A stretch of DNA of 33,942 bases, taken from contig NC_068981.1 of assembly GCF_001194135.2 (NCBI RefSeq), forward strand, positions 22,890,449 to 22,924,390, in the 5' to 3' direction. Every line of letters starts with the position of its first letter. The first letter of the stretch is position 1. The notes under the pieces were generated by a model. The model had not been told where the DNA came from. It ran no database searches and saw only the letters and a program-made list of their open reading frames with translations. The DNA comes from Octopus bimaculoides (taxonomy: Eukaryota). Shown here piece by piece: positions 22,692-33,942 of this stretch. The position numbers were made by a program, and so were the translations under genes.

Positions 22692-23324
22692 AGGGGAGAG
22701 AGAGGGGAGAAAAGACAGAAAACTGGATTGATAAATCACTCAACAGCTGGCTGATATATAAGGATATTGTGTGTCAGTGTATTTAAAGAAAAGAAATGAT
22801 ATTGTAGATATCATTTTTACATCTACTTCATCTATATTGGCATGAGTTAGATAACACGTTTTTTAGACATTGGATGTCTGCATGCATATATAAATCAGGG
22901 GACAGGATTAATGACACCGGGATTGTGCCAAATTAAATCTTTTTGTAGGTGATAGGTCTTGTTCTGTTGAATTAAAAAAAAAACCTGGTCTACTCATGCC
23001 AATGTGGAAAAGCAGATTGGAGACAAAGTTGATGATGATGATGGAATTATGGATATATATGCTTGCATGATAGGTAAATAAATATGTCAGTAGATATGAT
23101 AGGGTGATCGATAAATGTAAGAGATAATCAAGTGGTTGTGATATGTAGACAGCTGCATTGAAAGCTAGTCTATCAAGTAGATGGGTGTATAAAAATAGAA
23201 GTATAGATATATATATGGTTGAGTAGATCAATAGATAAATGCCTTCTCAGATGTTCTACAAAATATCATATTGATAAGTCATTTGAATTTTCTTTCTGGC
23301 ATCTCTTCAATTTATTCTTTGCAG

Positions 23325-23466
23325 ATGAAGATTCTGAAGACTGTGTGACATATACTGTTGAGTTACAGAAACGTGGTGGAATTCTTGGAATTACAATATC
23401 TGGCACTGATAATCCTATGGATCCTATTACCATTTCTGGTTTAACAGAAGGTGGATTAGCAGAAAG
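23325..23466 (+). CDS. GRIP1: GRIP-family exon E (N-terminal half of PDZ6)
   Basis: Acceptor ttattctttgcAG, donor AG|GTAAGT. 142 nt, phase 1 to 2. (D)[46 protein letters not shown](R) versus recalled GRIP1 [49 protein letters not shown]. Confidence 0.96.
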
Positions 23467-26400
23467 GTAAGTCTAAATACCAATGGTTTTCTGTTGTTTT
23501 GTTTTTATTCAATCTTTCATATGTCAGATAAACCCTTGTATATTATAACAGGATTATCTTCAATTGTTATGAAATGTCTTGCTTCTTTATTAAATCTTGT
23601 TTTAACATTTCAGTACAGAATCAAGCAACATTATGTAAATACTTCGTTGACAGCCCAATACTTCGCATATAGTTATATCTTCATTTCTTTTTTACCTTAT
23701 ATATATATATATATATAAATACTATCAACAAATTTTAGCACATTTGCCAATAAAATATGTATTGCTTAAATTGTTATATTTATGTTGCTATTCTAAGGTC
23801 TTCCAGCAGCTGTGGAGTTGAAAGGAATTAACTTTTGGGTTTCAGGATTTACCATTTTCATTAGGAATAAATACCAACAGTGTGAAGCTGACAAGGATTG
23901 CCATATTTGATATCATAAAAGACACACTGACATATTAGATACTCTCCAATTTCAAACAGTGTATATTCAAGGAAAGAGTTTTTAATGTATTAAAACTTAT
24001 GGAAGGCCTAACTTTACTTGTAGGACCCAGGGTGATATTTTGAGACATTATTTAAAAAAAAAAAGTGTCTCGTATACCACCAAATACAGTAATTAATTGA
24101 CAAGATTCACAGTTAAGGTTTTCTAGCCACCATGTCCTTGAAAGAATTAACTGGTTTAATATGATAGTGTTCCTGTCCGGTTTTAGTCAGTGGTCAGTTT
24201 TTCCATTTGTAGCGTGTTGTTTGTTACCATAAATATTTCTTAGATAGCTGCCATTTATGTTGTTGTTCCCTTGAATGATATGTTGATGACAAGAACAACA
24301 TATTACAATGAAAATCTGAAATACAATCCAGAAGATAAAGATGCAACAGTGGGATAGAATATCTTTGAAATGTCATTATAGTAAAACAAAAACAATACAA
24401 ATGATAGTGATGGGAAGGAGTAAGAGGTCGTTAACTCATCATCATCGTTATCATCATTGTCATCATCTTTCACTTCTTTATTATCATCTTTATCCATATA
24501 GACTTTTTATTCCTCTGTTGGCATTACTTTGACAGGATCTGTAGGATGACAAATTGCAAGTCAATTTGATCCCACATTTTGTCTGTGAAACTCATTATCC
24601 TGAAATTTAAACTTCCAACTTACTTCCTTCCAGTCTCCCCTAACCTTCAGTATTTTTCACTGCTAGCTCCCTGGAGAATTCTTTAGACAGACTGAACCTA
24701 CCCTGAACATTCAAATGCCCATATCACCTTTATCTTTTACAAACATTATCAAATTTTAAAAACAACCAATATGATCTGGGGAAAAGATACAGTGAATAGA
24801 TATGGAGAACAAGTTGAGAAAGAGAGAATTTCTTGTGTTTGTTTTTGGTATTTTTGAAGTTTTTTAAATATTTTGTAGTTGTTTTTTTGGTTCTGATTTG
24901 TGAATTAAAGCCTCATTTATGGACATTAAATAGCAGAAGCAGCATCACCAAAGCTGCTTTGACAGATCATAAATCATAATGGGTTGTGTTGATTCTTCTC
25001 TACTACAACCTCTCTATCAACTTTTACTACCACCACTACTTCTTGCTATTGTTGCTGTCCCCACTGCTACTACTACTACTGCTACTACTACTACATCTCA
25101 CTGGGATACAATTTTAGCTAAGGGTGAAGAATCAACATACTCTGTGGAAAAATCCAGTGGTGTAACATAATCCAGGGAGGTTATCTGGTGGTGTATAAGA
25201 TAATCCAAGTATTAAGGTTCACCAAAGTATTAGTTGGATAAAGTGATGCAGTGATAAAGAAGATTCAGTACCAGTTTTGTGGTAGCTGATGGGTTGTGCT
25301 TTAGACATTGTTCCATATTCTTTCTCTTGATCTAAACAAACTACTCAATATTGTTGTGTTGGGTTCAGCCATAAACACTTAGTTTCATTAGTTTATAAGC
25401 CTCAGATCAAACCTAAGCAAGCAAACACTTACGATCAAAGGCATTATTTGACTATCTCACCTTTTTATCCAATGTTGTCTTTTCCATTTTATGCCAACAG
25501 GAAATGTGAGGAAGATCTAGCTACTATTTCTAGGAGGTTGAGAAACCATGTAGTAGCCTCCTCTGTTGACGCACATATCATAGTAGTGTATTGCTAAGCT
25601 GACACAAAATACTTAGTTTTGTATGATTAGACAAAATATCTTCAGTTTCACAGACTAAAATAAAGTACTACAGGCATGAAAATAATTAAGTATTAAATCA
25701 AAATTCTTCATATAGCATACATATGAATATATCTCAAGTTTGTAGGTTTTTTTTTTTTGTTTTTTGATATCTTCACATTTTATATATATATATTTTAAAT
25801 AAATATATAAAGATTATTTATCTCCATTGATTAACTAATCTCCAGAGATTAAAAGTCTTATGTAACATGTTCTAAATATTCTTTCAAGTGATGCATTTCT
25901 TTCTATGAAATATTCAATACAGTGATTCCTTGCTATATTTCACTGCAGTATTCAATATTTATTTATTCTTTTCCTGTTTCCATAACTGCATAGATAAGAC
26001 TAAAACCTTATCAATCAAGGAGTGTTTAATTGATCGACTCCAATTTCTTCACTTTGATCTCCAATTATATCAACTAATTCCTATGATATTATTTGGGCTG
26101 TATCAAGGAAATGTGGAGCCTAAGTTTCAAAATTAATTGTTTGTTTTCCTAGATTAATAATTGAAGATTTTATATTGAAAATCAAAGAGAATCTAAACTA
26201 CATAGAAAACCTAATCTAAATTTTATTGTTACAAAATTCTTTTCTTATATATGATTTACTTACTAAATGCACAAACACAAACATTCTTATACAGAGATGA
26301 AGCCACTATCTCCTTCACTTCTGAAGCTTTTACACAAATATACATTGGCAAGCAGCATAGACTCATCACACCAGACTCGTGTTCTATGAATAGAGATCTT

Positions 26401-26814
26401 CAAAAGACTTGACAACCTAAGATCATTTAGCAACACCAAGATATAACCATTAAATATACCAAGGAAACATTGTGGAAATACAAAGTCCTCCCTCCTCATG
26501 AAAAAACACAGTTAAACCCTGAGATTTGCTACAAATGCCAGGACTTCTCAATGGCTTATAATCCTTCATGATAAACTACATTTCTACAATATAGCAAATA
26601 CTACATTCTAAAGCTTAAGCTTCCTGTTAAGAGCTACAAAAATACTCTAGCTTTGAACAATTGATTATTTTTTTACAAACCACAAATTCAACCCATGCTA
26701 GAGAACTGCTTGTATTTCTAGAATAGTGCAGCTATTATATGTACAAATTTATTCTTGACTTCATCCAAAGAACGGTCATCTGATTGGCAAACTTTTGCTC
26801 ACCTACACACTAAT

Positions 26815-27330
26815 TATCATCATTTTACATCTGTTTTTCCAGGTTTGCATGGATTGGATGAGCCTTCTTCTTCTTCAGCACAGTATTTCATCATTTGTTG
26901 TGGTTCTTTGTCATCTCCTTTGTGAGGTTCGGCCTCCTGAAATCAAATTTCACTACCTCTTCCTATATCTTCCTTGGTCTTCCTTTACTTCCAGATCCTT
27001 CCTCTTAAGTTGTTTGGCATTTCTTTATCCAGCTGTTATCCATCATACACCAGCTCAGTATTTCCTCTTGCACCCTATATCTGGTTCCTTTTGACACCCT
27101 GTTTTACTCTCAGCTTATTTGTGTTTGTTGTTCATGCACGCAGAGCATGCCCCACCCTCTTACTCACAAGCATGCAGTATCTCTCTTCCTCCTTCTTTGG
27201 CAACTATAACAGTTTCTGCTCCTCTGAACTAACCAGTTGTGTCCCACCTACTCAAGCCTACCTGATGCATCTGTTTCAACCAGAAATATTCCTATTATGT
27301 GTCATCTCCCTAAAACACTTCATCTAATCC
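26815..27330 (-). mobile_element. Decayed RTE-clade LINE 3' end including its tail
   Basis: Minus strand gives GTRYRVQEEILSW...MDNSWIKKCQTT*EEGSGSKGRPRKI*EEVVKFDFRRPNLTKEMTKN, collinear with the 6767 fragment, ending ccaatccatgcaaacctggaaaaacagatgtaaaatgatgat. Confidence 0.75.
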
Positions 27331-27477
27331 ATCCTGTTCAGAATTAGAACCTTTTAGAACTCCCTTGTCCCCACAAGGTTTCCCTACAGACAATCCGATA
27401 AGTATTAACCACCACCCCCACCATATGGAAGTCTCTGCAAATATTATGGGCACTACCCAACTCCATTGTCTGATTGT

Positions 27478-27690
27478 TAATAATATTAATAATGATAATA
27501 ATAATTTCTGATTTAGGCCCAAAACCAACAATGTTGAAGGAAGGGGATTAGACTAGTACTGTATTTGATCAACACTGGAGAGATGAAAGGTAAAGTTGAC
27601 TTAGGCAGAAGCTGATCTCTGAATGTAAAAACTTGGAACAACTACCACAAGGCATTTTTTCTAACGCTCTAACAATTCTGCCAGAGCATT
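27478..27690 (-). mobile_element. Family D SINE, diverged
   Basis: (TAA)n tail, gatgaaaggtaaagttgacttaggcaga, taccacaaggcatttt...ctctaacaattctgccag. Confidence 0.7.
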
Positions 27691-28249
27691 AAGTAGCAAA
27701 TTGTGTACATCATCTTAAATTCATCCTCATGCTTAACTGTTACTGTATCATCCATAACTACTTGGCTTTCCTTTAGTTCAACCTTTGTATTATGATGTAT
27801 AATTTCAACGGATCACTTTAATCAATTTCATATTCTTTTCTACATAATATCTCATGCTGGAGCAAATGACACAGCAGTGGATGGGCTTAGGTTAAACAAA
27901 GTTCATGTGTTACCATTAAAGTTAAGAAACAAAGTAATTAAATAGTTTTAGAAATTATGCTATTTGCATATTTTCTTGAAGTAGATGATTTTCTGACCTT
28001 TCTAGTTGGGCATGGTGGGGTTTGAAAATCAAGATTGATCATTCATTTTTACATATGTGTACAGACCTGGGCAAAATATTTTGCCAAAGGTCCCCTATCA
28101 ATGCCACTGATGTTATCTAAAGGTAAGGTCCCTGGTTTGGGCCAATATAGCTTTGTACTAATGTTGTTGCTGTTAGAATGCAAAGAGACAGAACATTGCT
28201 ACAAGACATCTTGCCTTACCATCTCACAAATTCACTGCACTGAGCTGGG

Positions 28250-28375
28250 ACTCAACAGCAAAAGGATAAAAGGCAAAATTGGCTTTGATAGGTTTGAACT
28301 CAGGATGCAAAGAGTCAGAACAAATATTGTAAAGTATTTTAACTAACACTTTGACAACTCTGCCAATTTGCCAGC
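28250..28375 (-). mobile_element. Family D SINE 5' part, diverged
   Basis: aaaaggataaaaggcaaaattggcttt...tttgaactcagg...actctgccaatttgccagc. Confidence 0.65.
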
Positions 28376-30254
28376 ATAGACAAAATCTTTGTATTGGCTT
28401 TGTAGTGTGAGCTTTTCTGAGAAACACTATTGAATATTGTGACTTATTTTTGATATGTAAACAATAGACTAAGTCATATACATAAACCAAATATATGACT
28501 TAGGGTAACTTTTACACTTGTATTAATAATATTTTGGCTGGGTAAGTTATGATTCATAGTCCAAAACATTTAACACATGATTCATTAATTTTGATGATGA
28601 GCTGAAATTATGTTTTCTGAAGTCTATCTTCAGCTTACAGTTGAGATTTTCTTTAATTCAAACAAAACAGTCAAAATATTTCACCAATATTCTACTGACT
28701 TCTTATAATTGTCCTTTGTTTCGGAGTTAGCTCATTTCATAAGAGCCATGAAGGAATGGTATTTCAGTTCCTAACATAAAGGTAAATCATATGAATATAT
28801 AATCAAATGCCTGAATCATAAGGTATTAGGGAAACCAACTAAAAGGTCTGGAGAGCCTGTCTTGTCACCAGCACACACTGTTTTCCTGGCCAAAATACAT
28901 TAATGATTCAGTCCACTTAGCCGTTAGTTGGTCGGCACTGAAAGCAACAGCTCTGTAAAGGTGGCAGGTCTGTTATAGCTCTTTCTATAATGGAGTCCAG
29001 TTCTATTTGCCTTAGCCATACGTAAATACTAGTAATTTTATTATTTTTTTTATTTAATTAAAAAAATTTTCATTCATTTAAAAAAGTTTTTAATTTCTTG
29101 GGATGAATCTCCATCAAATCACACCTTGCCACCTTAAAAAAGAAACTAAGGACACATTGGCCAATGTAGAACTGGATATATAAAAGCATATGATGGTCAT
29201 GGCTGGAAAGCCTTTGATCATATATGTTTGCTCAATCAGAGCTGACTTGGTTGGGGTTACACAATTGATGGGTTTTTTTCATTGAAAGCTGTCACTCATG
29301 ACAATAACAAATAAAACAGCTTGATTGTCTAACAACAAATGGATCATCTAAAATATAACATTTATATGATCTGAAATTACTGATCTAAAGATTATCTCAG
29401 ATGGTAACATATCTTTTTGTTTGTTTTAAAAAGCCTCCAAACTTATCTATACAGCTGTGTATCTATGTGCTTCATTACAAAATATTCTCTTTTTTTAAAA
29501 TTATATTTTACTCTTTCTGTCTTAATAATGTTCTTTCTTTTAATATGAAGACTTAAAACACAATTGTTTGTTTTGTCTGGCATTGTTACAACTAGTCTAA
29601 TATTTATGATAATATATGCATGAGGTGTTTTTAGAAAATTAGTTTTCTAAATTAGTTAATTAGTAATTGAAATATATTTCAACTAATATTTTTTTCAACA
29701 GTATAATACTAACTTTAAAAAAAAAATGGCTGGTAGAAAAGATTTTCTGCAAATATTTATCCCTAAATTATATTCAATTCTTGCTGGTATGCTTGTATCA
29801 AATACTTATGTTTATATTTCATGCCATCTGAAAGGGATGCGTAAGTATCCATTATCGCAGTTCTATGCAATCCTTTTCAACCAATCATTAGCTGCGTCCA
29901 GCTTATAACTCCCATAATTCCACATTCCTAAATATGCATTCAGAGAGGCTGCTGTACATTGGCTAAAACTTTCATATCATCATCATCACATGCATGTTGA
30001 CTTCTCATGCCAAACGCTTGCATTCATTCCTTCCCCAAATCCTGCTTGTTTATTTGTTAATAGTAATATAGTAATATTAGTGAAAGTATTTAATAGTATG
30101 AGACTGTTGTTTACTCTCTGAATTTATTTCATCATCATTTATATATAATAATAATGTATACATGCGATCATAGTATGCATTTGTGTGAGGGTGTGTGTGT
30201 ATGTATATATATATATATACATATATATACTCACACACACATTCACACTCATAT

Positions 30255-30382
30255 TATGCTTTTACAAGATGGGTGATGGTAACTTCAAAGTTTCACCCTG
30301 CTAACTTTTGTTGGACAGTACAATAAATGCTAGTGGACCAAAACTTTAAAGTCACTGTCACCCCTCTTCTTGTAAAAGTATA
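30255..30382. mobile_element. Small TA-flanked MITE with ~40-bp TIRs
   Basis: tatgcttttacaagatgggtgatggtaacttcaaagttt versus right-end reverse complement tatacttttacaagaagaggggtgacagtgactttaaagttt. Confidence 0.65.
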
Positions 30383-30469
30383 GTAAATATGTACTCTACA
30401 AAAAAGTATTGAGTAATTCTTCAGCTTAATGTTAAACTGTTTTATTACAACTAAACATAAAACAAATAT

Positions 30470-30471
<2 letters not shown>

Positions 30472-30523
<52 letters not shown>
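30472..30523. repeat. (TA)n microsatellite
   Basis: Direct reading; other (TA)n tracts at 2009-2042, 3327-3358, 17325-17357 and 30644-30670. Confidence 0.97.
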
Positions 30524-30527
<4 letters not shown>

Positions 30528-30639
30528 TAATAGGATGAATTCTATTATAAGAATTTATCAAATAGCTAGCGTGAAAAAAACCTCATAAGGGAAAAATCCA
30601 TCAGTTATTCCCCAAAATATATTTATTTATTTATTTTGC

Positions 30640-30673
<34 letters not shown>

Positions 30674-30675
30674 GA

Positions 30676-30840
30676 ATTTACGAAAAAAACAACAGATGAA
30701 GAGAGGTGGTGTAAACAACAAATGGATGTATTAGTTTAACGCTCGGGAATAGAGAAAGTCTTTGACGTTTCAAGCCTACGCTCTTCAACTGAAAAGAATA
30801 CAGAAAGAAACAAGGAGAAAAAAAATATAAATGTAGTGGT
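30676..30840 (-). mobile_element. Penelope-type terminal repeat fragment
   Basis: Minus strand ttgaagagcgtaggcttgaaacgtc (30764-30788) resembles the CTGAnGA...GAAAC motif of Penelope pLTRs; flanked by (TA)n. Family call is by resemblance. Confidence 0.45.
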
Positions 30841-31558
30841 ATATATATATATATGTATGCATGTATACACAGACACATAGAAATTAAGTTATATCTGTGA
30901 TTTCAATATTTGCAATGGTAAATTGCCTGAGGGCTGCATTCTCTCAACAATGCCAAAGTATGACAAACAATAACCAAAAATTTTGCTTGACTTCATTGAA
31001 ATGCTGTTCAGGAAATGTGATTTTCAAACTGACTAGAGGCAGAGACAGTAAAGGTCTTTGCTTTAAAAATAATGCAGAATAGATGCATAGTGTAACAGTA
31101 CAACATTTGTTTTCTCTGACCATAGTTGAATTAACAGTGTGTGAGCTAAAAGAACATGCAATTCAGTACTCCAACTTTGTCCAACTTTCATAAATTCTCT
31201 GGAAATCAATTGAAAAAGAGGATCTGGGAGCTGTTCTGGCTTAATCCTTTAGCATATATTCCTACCTGTTTTTGTATTTAAACCAGCCAGGTCTAGCTTT
31301 TGCATCTATCCTACAATGTCATTCTTAAGATATACACACCATTTATAGTAAGATCTCCAGAAAACTGAAAGAAGGGCATATTTTTAACAATAAAAACAGA
31401 ATCAAAGCAGAGCAACAGCACCCGTTGAAAAGCAAAAGCTCCACAATTTTGAGTTGAGTGCATCAGGGACATTGCTGTTTGTTATAGCTCACACATTGGT
31501 GCAATTATTAAAATGTTCCTTCACCTTAATTATTTAATGTCTAAATACCTGAGATGAG

Positions 31559-31956
31559 TTACTCTTTTACTTGTTTCAGTCATTTGACTGCGGCCATGCT
31601 GAAGCACTGCCTTTAGTCGAGCAAATCGACCCCAGGACTTATTCTTTGTAAGCCTAGTATTTATTCTATTGGTCTCTTTGCCAAACCGCTAAGTTATGGG
31701 AACATAAACACACCAGCATCGGTTGTCAAGCGATGTTGGGGGGACAAACACAGACACACAAACACACACATATATATACATATACATATATACGACGGGC
31801 TTCTTTCAGTTTCCGTCTACCAAATCCACTCACAAGGCTTTGATCGGCCCAAAGCTATAGTAGAAGACACTTGCCCAAGGTGCCATGCAGTGGGACTGAA
31901 CCCGGAACCATGTGGTTGGTAAGCAAGCTACTTACCACACAGCCACTCCTGTGCCT
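31559..31956 (-). mobile_element. Family A SINE, young full-length copy
   Basis: Nearly identical to 8011-8506 except for a much shorter internal (CA)/(TA) tract. Confidence 0.92.
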
Positions 31957-32631
31957 AGTTGTTAATACAATTATAATTTTTCAAATTATTAACTTCATCC
32001 ATAGAGATGAAACACTTTTATAATATTTATTCTTACCTTGTTTCAAACAGTTTAATTTCCAGACTCCAGATATGTACATAGCACCAGACTGGATTCAAAC
32101 CAGAAACCATTATTTTCAAAATTAAATTTTAAAATATTCTTATCCACTACCACTACTGATGCATGTACATTAATATTACCAGTATAGGTTATTTAAACTT
32201 ATTTTCCAGTACAGCAGTCATAGCAGGCTGATGTCAACACTAGGCTTACTGAGCGAGTTTTCAACAAGTGCTATAAGTATAATTAAGTAAAATATTGTTC
32301 GAAGCAACATAGCTTACAGAGAACTGCAACTAAAAGTAGAAAAAAAATCAATGAACAGTATACATAGCATTTGCTGAATAAACTTATTAATAAGCCTAGT
32401 ACTGACAGAGTATGAGATGTTTTGGCGTCACTGATTGGAGGCTGACTTATTTGACATAGGACCTTTTAATGATTCTCTTATTCTTCCACCCCACTCTTTC
32501 TTTCACTCCCTGTCTTTATGTGTGGGAACATATTTCTTTATGTATACATGAAGAGGGTAAGTGTTTATGTCAGTTGTGTTTAGTTGATAAATTGTAATGT
32601 CTCTATTTCTCTTTCCCTCCCTCCCTCCCTC

Positions 32632-32722
32632 NNNNNNNNNNNNNNNNNNNNNNNNNNNNNNNNNNNNNNNNNNNNNNNNNNNNNNNNNNNNNNNNNNNNN
32701 NNNNNNNNNNNNNNNNNNNNNN
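32632..32722. other. Assembly gap (91 N) inside a (CCCT)n tract
   Basis: Run of N flanked by CCCT repeats. Confidence 0.99.
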
Positions 32723-33942
32723 TCTGTTTCCCTCCCTCTCTGTCTCCCCCCTCTCTGCCTCCCTGCCTGCCTCCCTCCTTCTCTCTCTATCTCTCTCTCC
32801 CACATTCCTATCTGAATGTATATATATTTCTTTATGTATGTGTGTTTGCCTCTAGTGCCTGTCACCAAAACAATCTGAATGTCCAGTCAACCTCGCCAAA
32901 TCACCAGCATTCAATAACAGCCACACTCAATCGTCTCGTTCCGGTGCTGATTTTTATGGCAGTTAACTCGAAATAAGCCAAAAAGATGTAGCATTGAATA
33001 TACACGCATCAGTAGCAGAGTGGATAAAATTGTCATTTTTCTGAGTTTAGAAATAATGGCTTTTAATTCAAATCCAGTTTCATCTGTAAAGATGAGGGTG
33101 ATAGTTCAATATCTTATAATTGTTTTTAGCTATACTAATGATTTGAAATTATCAAAAGTGATCAAGCAACCTGCAGAAAAGGACTCAATACCATGTACTG
33201 GTAGATTGATAGAAACAACATGCATTTTAATGCCGGCTAGTTCCAAACACTGCTTTCAGTCTTGTAACATGTGTAATCTGGATACACAGGATCAAGAGGG
33301 ATTAAAATTCCAGTGTCAGAGGCGGTGTGAGTGCCATGGATTAATGATTTGTAATAACGCATCATTTTATGACATTTGTTGTCAGATATTTGGATCATTC
33401 CTCCAAGCTGCAGTCTCCTCATAGTTTGAAGCTCGCTGCTGAACTGGCAACAATCCAGTCCAGTGATGATTCAGCAAAAAGATTACCTCTATCCTGTAGC
33501 TAAGTTATTTGGGAGAATTGACAGTTTTGAGAAGAGCATACATGTGTGTACGAAGGGCACACAGCCACAGAAACCAAGTTAAATGAAAAGCACTGTTGGG
33601 GCAGTGGGTCCCAATTATAAATGACTCAAACCATAATGATCCTTCACATCCATGCCTGCATATACATATATGTTACACCATTTCAAGTATATTTAGATGT
33701 TTAACTGATGATGATATAAATATGTGTGTATGTGTGTGAAACTGTTTATACAGATAGAAACAATAAGACTCTACATAGATTGAACATATTATATTCTGAT
33801 AGCTAAGATCCTACAGATTATTGACTCAAGGATTAAGATTTTCCTGCAAATGAATTTTAAAAACATTCAAAATTTCATTTAATAAAAATGTAGGACTGAT
33901 ATAGCTTCTCAGGTATGAAGAAGTAACACACACACACAATAT

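Noticed and set aside
21845-22743. Long ORFs of 188-269 aa
   Set aside because: Artefacts of translating through the N gap.
25501-25600. Candidate next exon after ccaacAG (KCEEDLATISRRL...)
   Set aside because: No PDZ similarity, an in-frame stop follows, and there is no good donor.
33020-33424. 134-aa Cys-rich ORF, the longest non-repeat ORF
   Set aside because: Starts at a non-ATG codon and has no recognisable domain or splice signals; a BLASTx/HMM search would be needed to revive it.

Overview
AT-rich, microsatellite- and SINE-dense eukaryotic genomic DNA. The repeat families look like those of octopod cephalopods (recognition from memory, not a database search). The window is the interior of one + strand multi-exon gene for a GRIP-family (glutamate receptor-interacting protein) multi-PDZ scaffold. 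Five GT-AG exons (2936-3075, 5721-5798, 11935-12004, 21237-21382, 23325-23466; 576 nt) splice in frame to (R)[191 protein letters not shown](R). This corresponds to the second half of PDZ4, all of PDZ5 and the first half of PDZ6 of vertebrate GRIP1/2; no start or stop codon lies in the window. The introns hold tRNA-headed SINEs, two decayed RTE LINE fragments, a decayed DD34D mariner with a nested SINE, hAT/piggyBac/Tc1-type MITEs, a Helentron-like element, several fold-back hairpins and two N gaps. Nearly all ORFs in the supplied track are repeat artefacts. I cannot support a wholly new biological system. The best leads are: (1) a genomic Ser (AGT) at the normally Gly position of the PDZ5 GD motif, which one A-to-I edit would restore; (2) a ~470-nt zero-spacer palindrome and other dsRNA-forming structures in the pre-mRNA; (3) stop-introducing alternative acceptors before exon 3; (4) degenerate hammerhead-like motifs in Penelope-type repeats.
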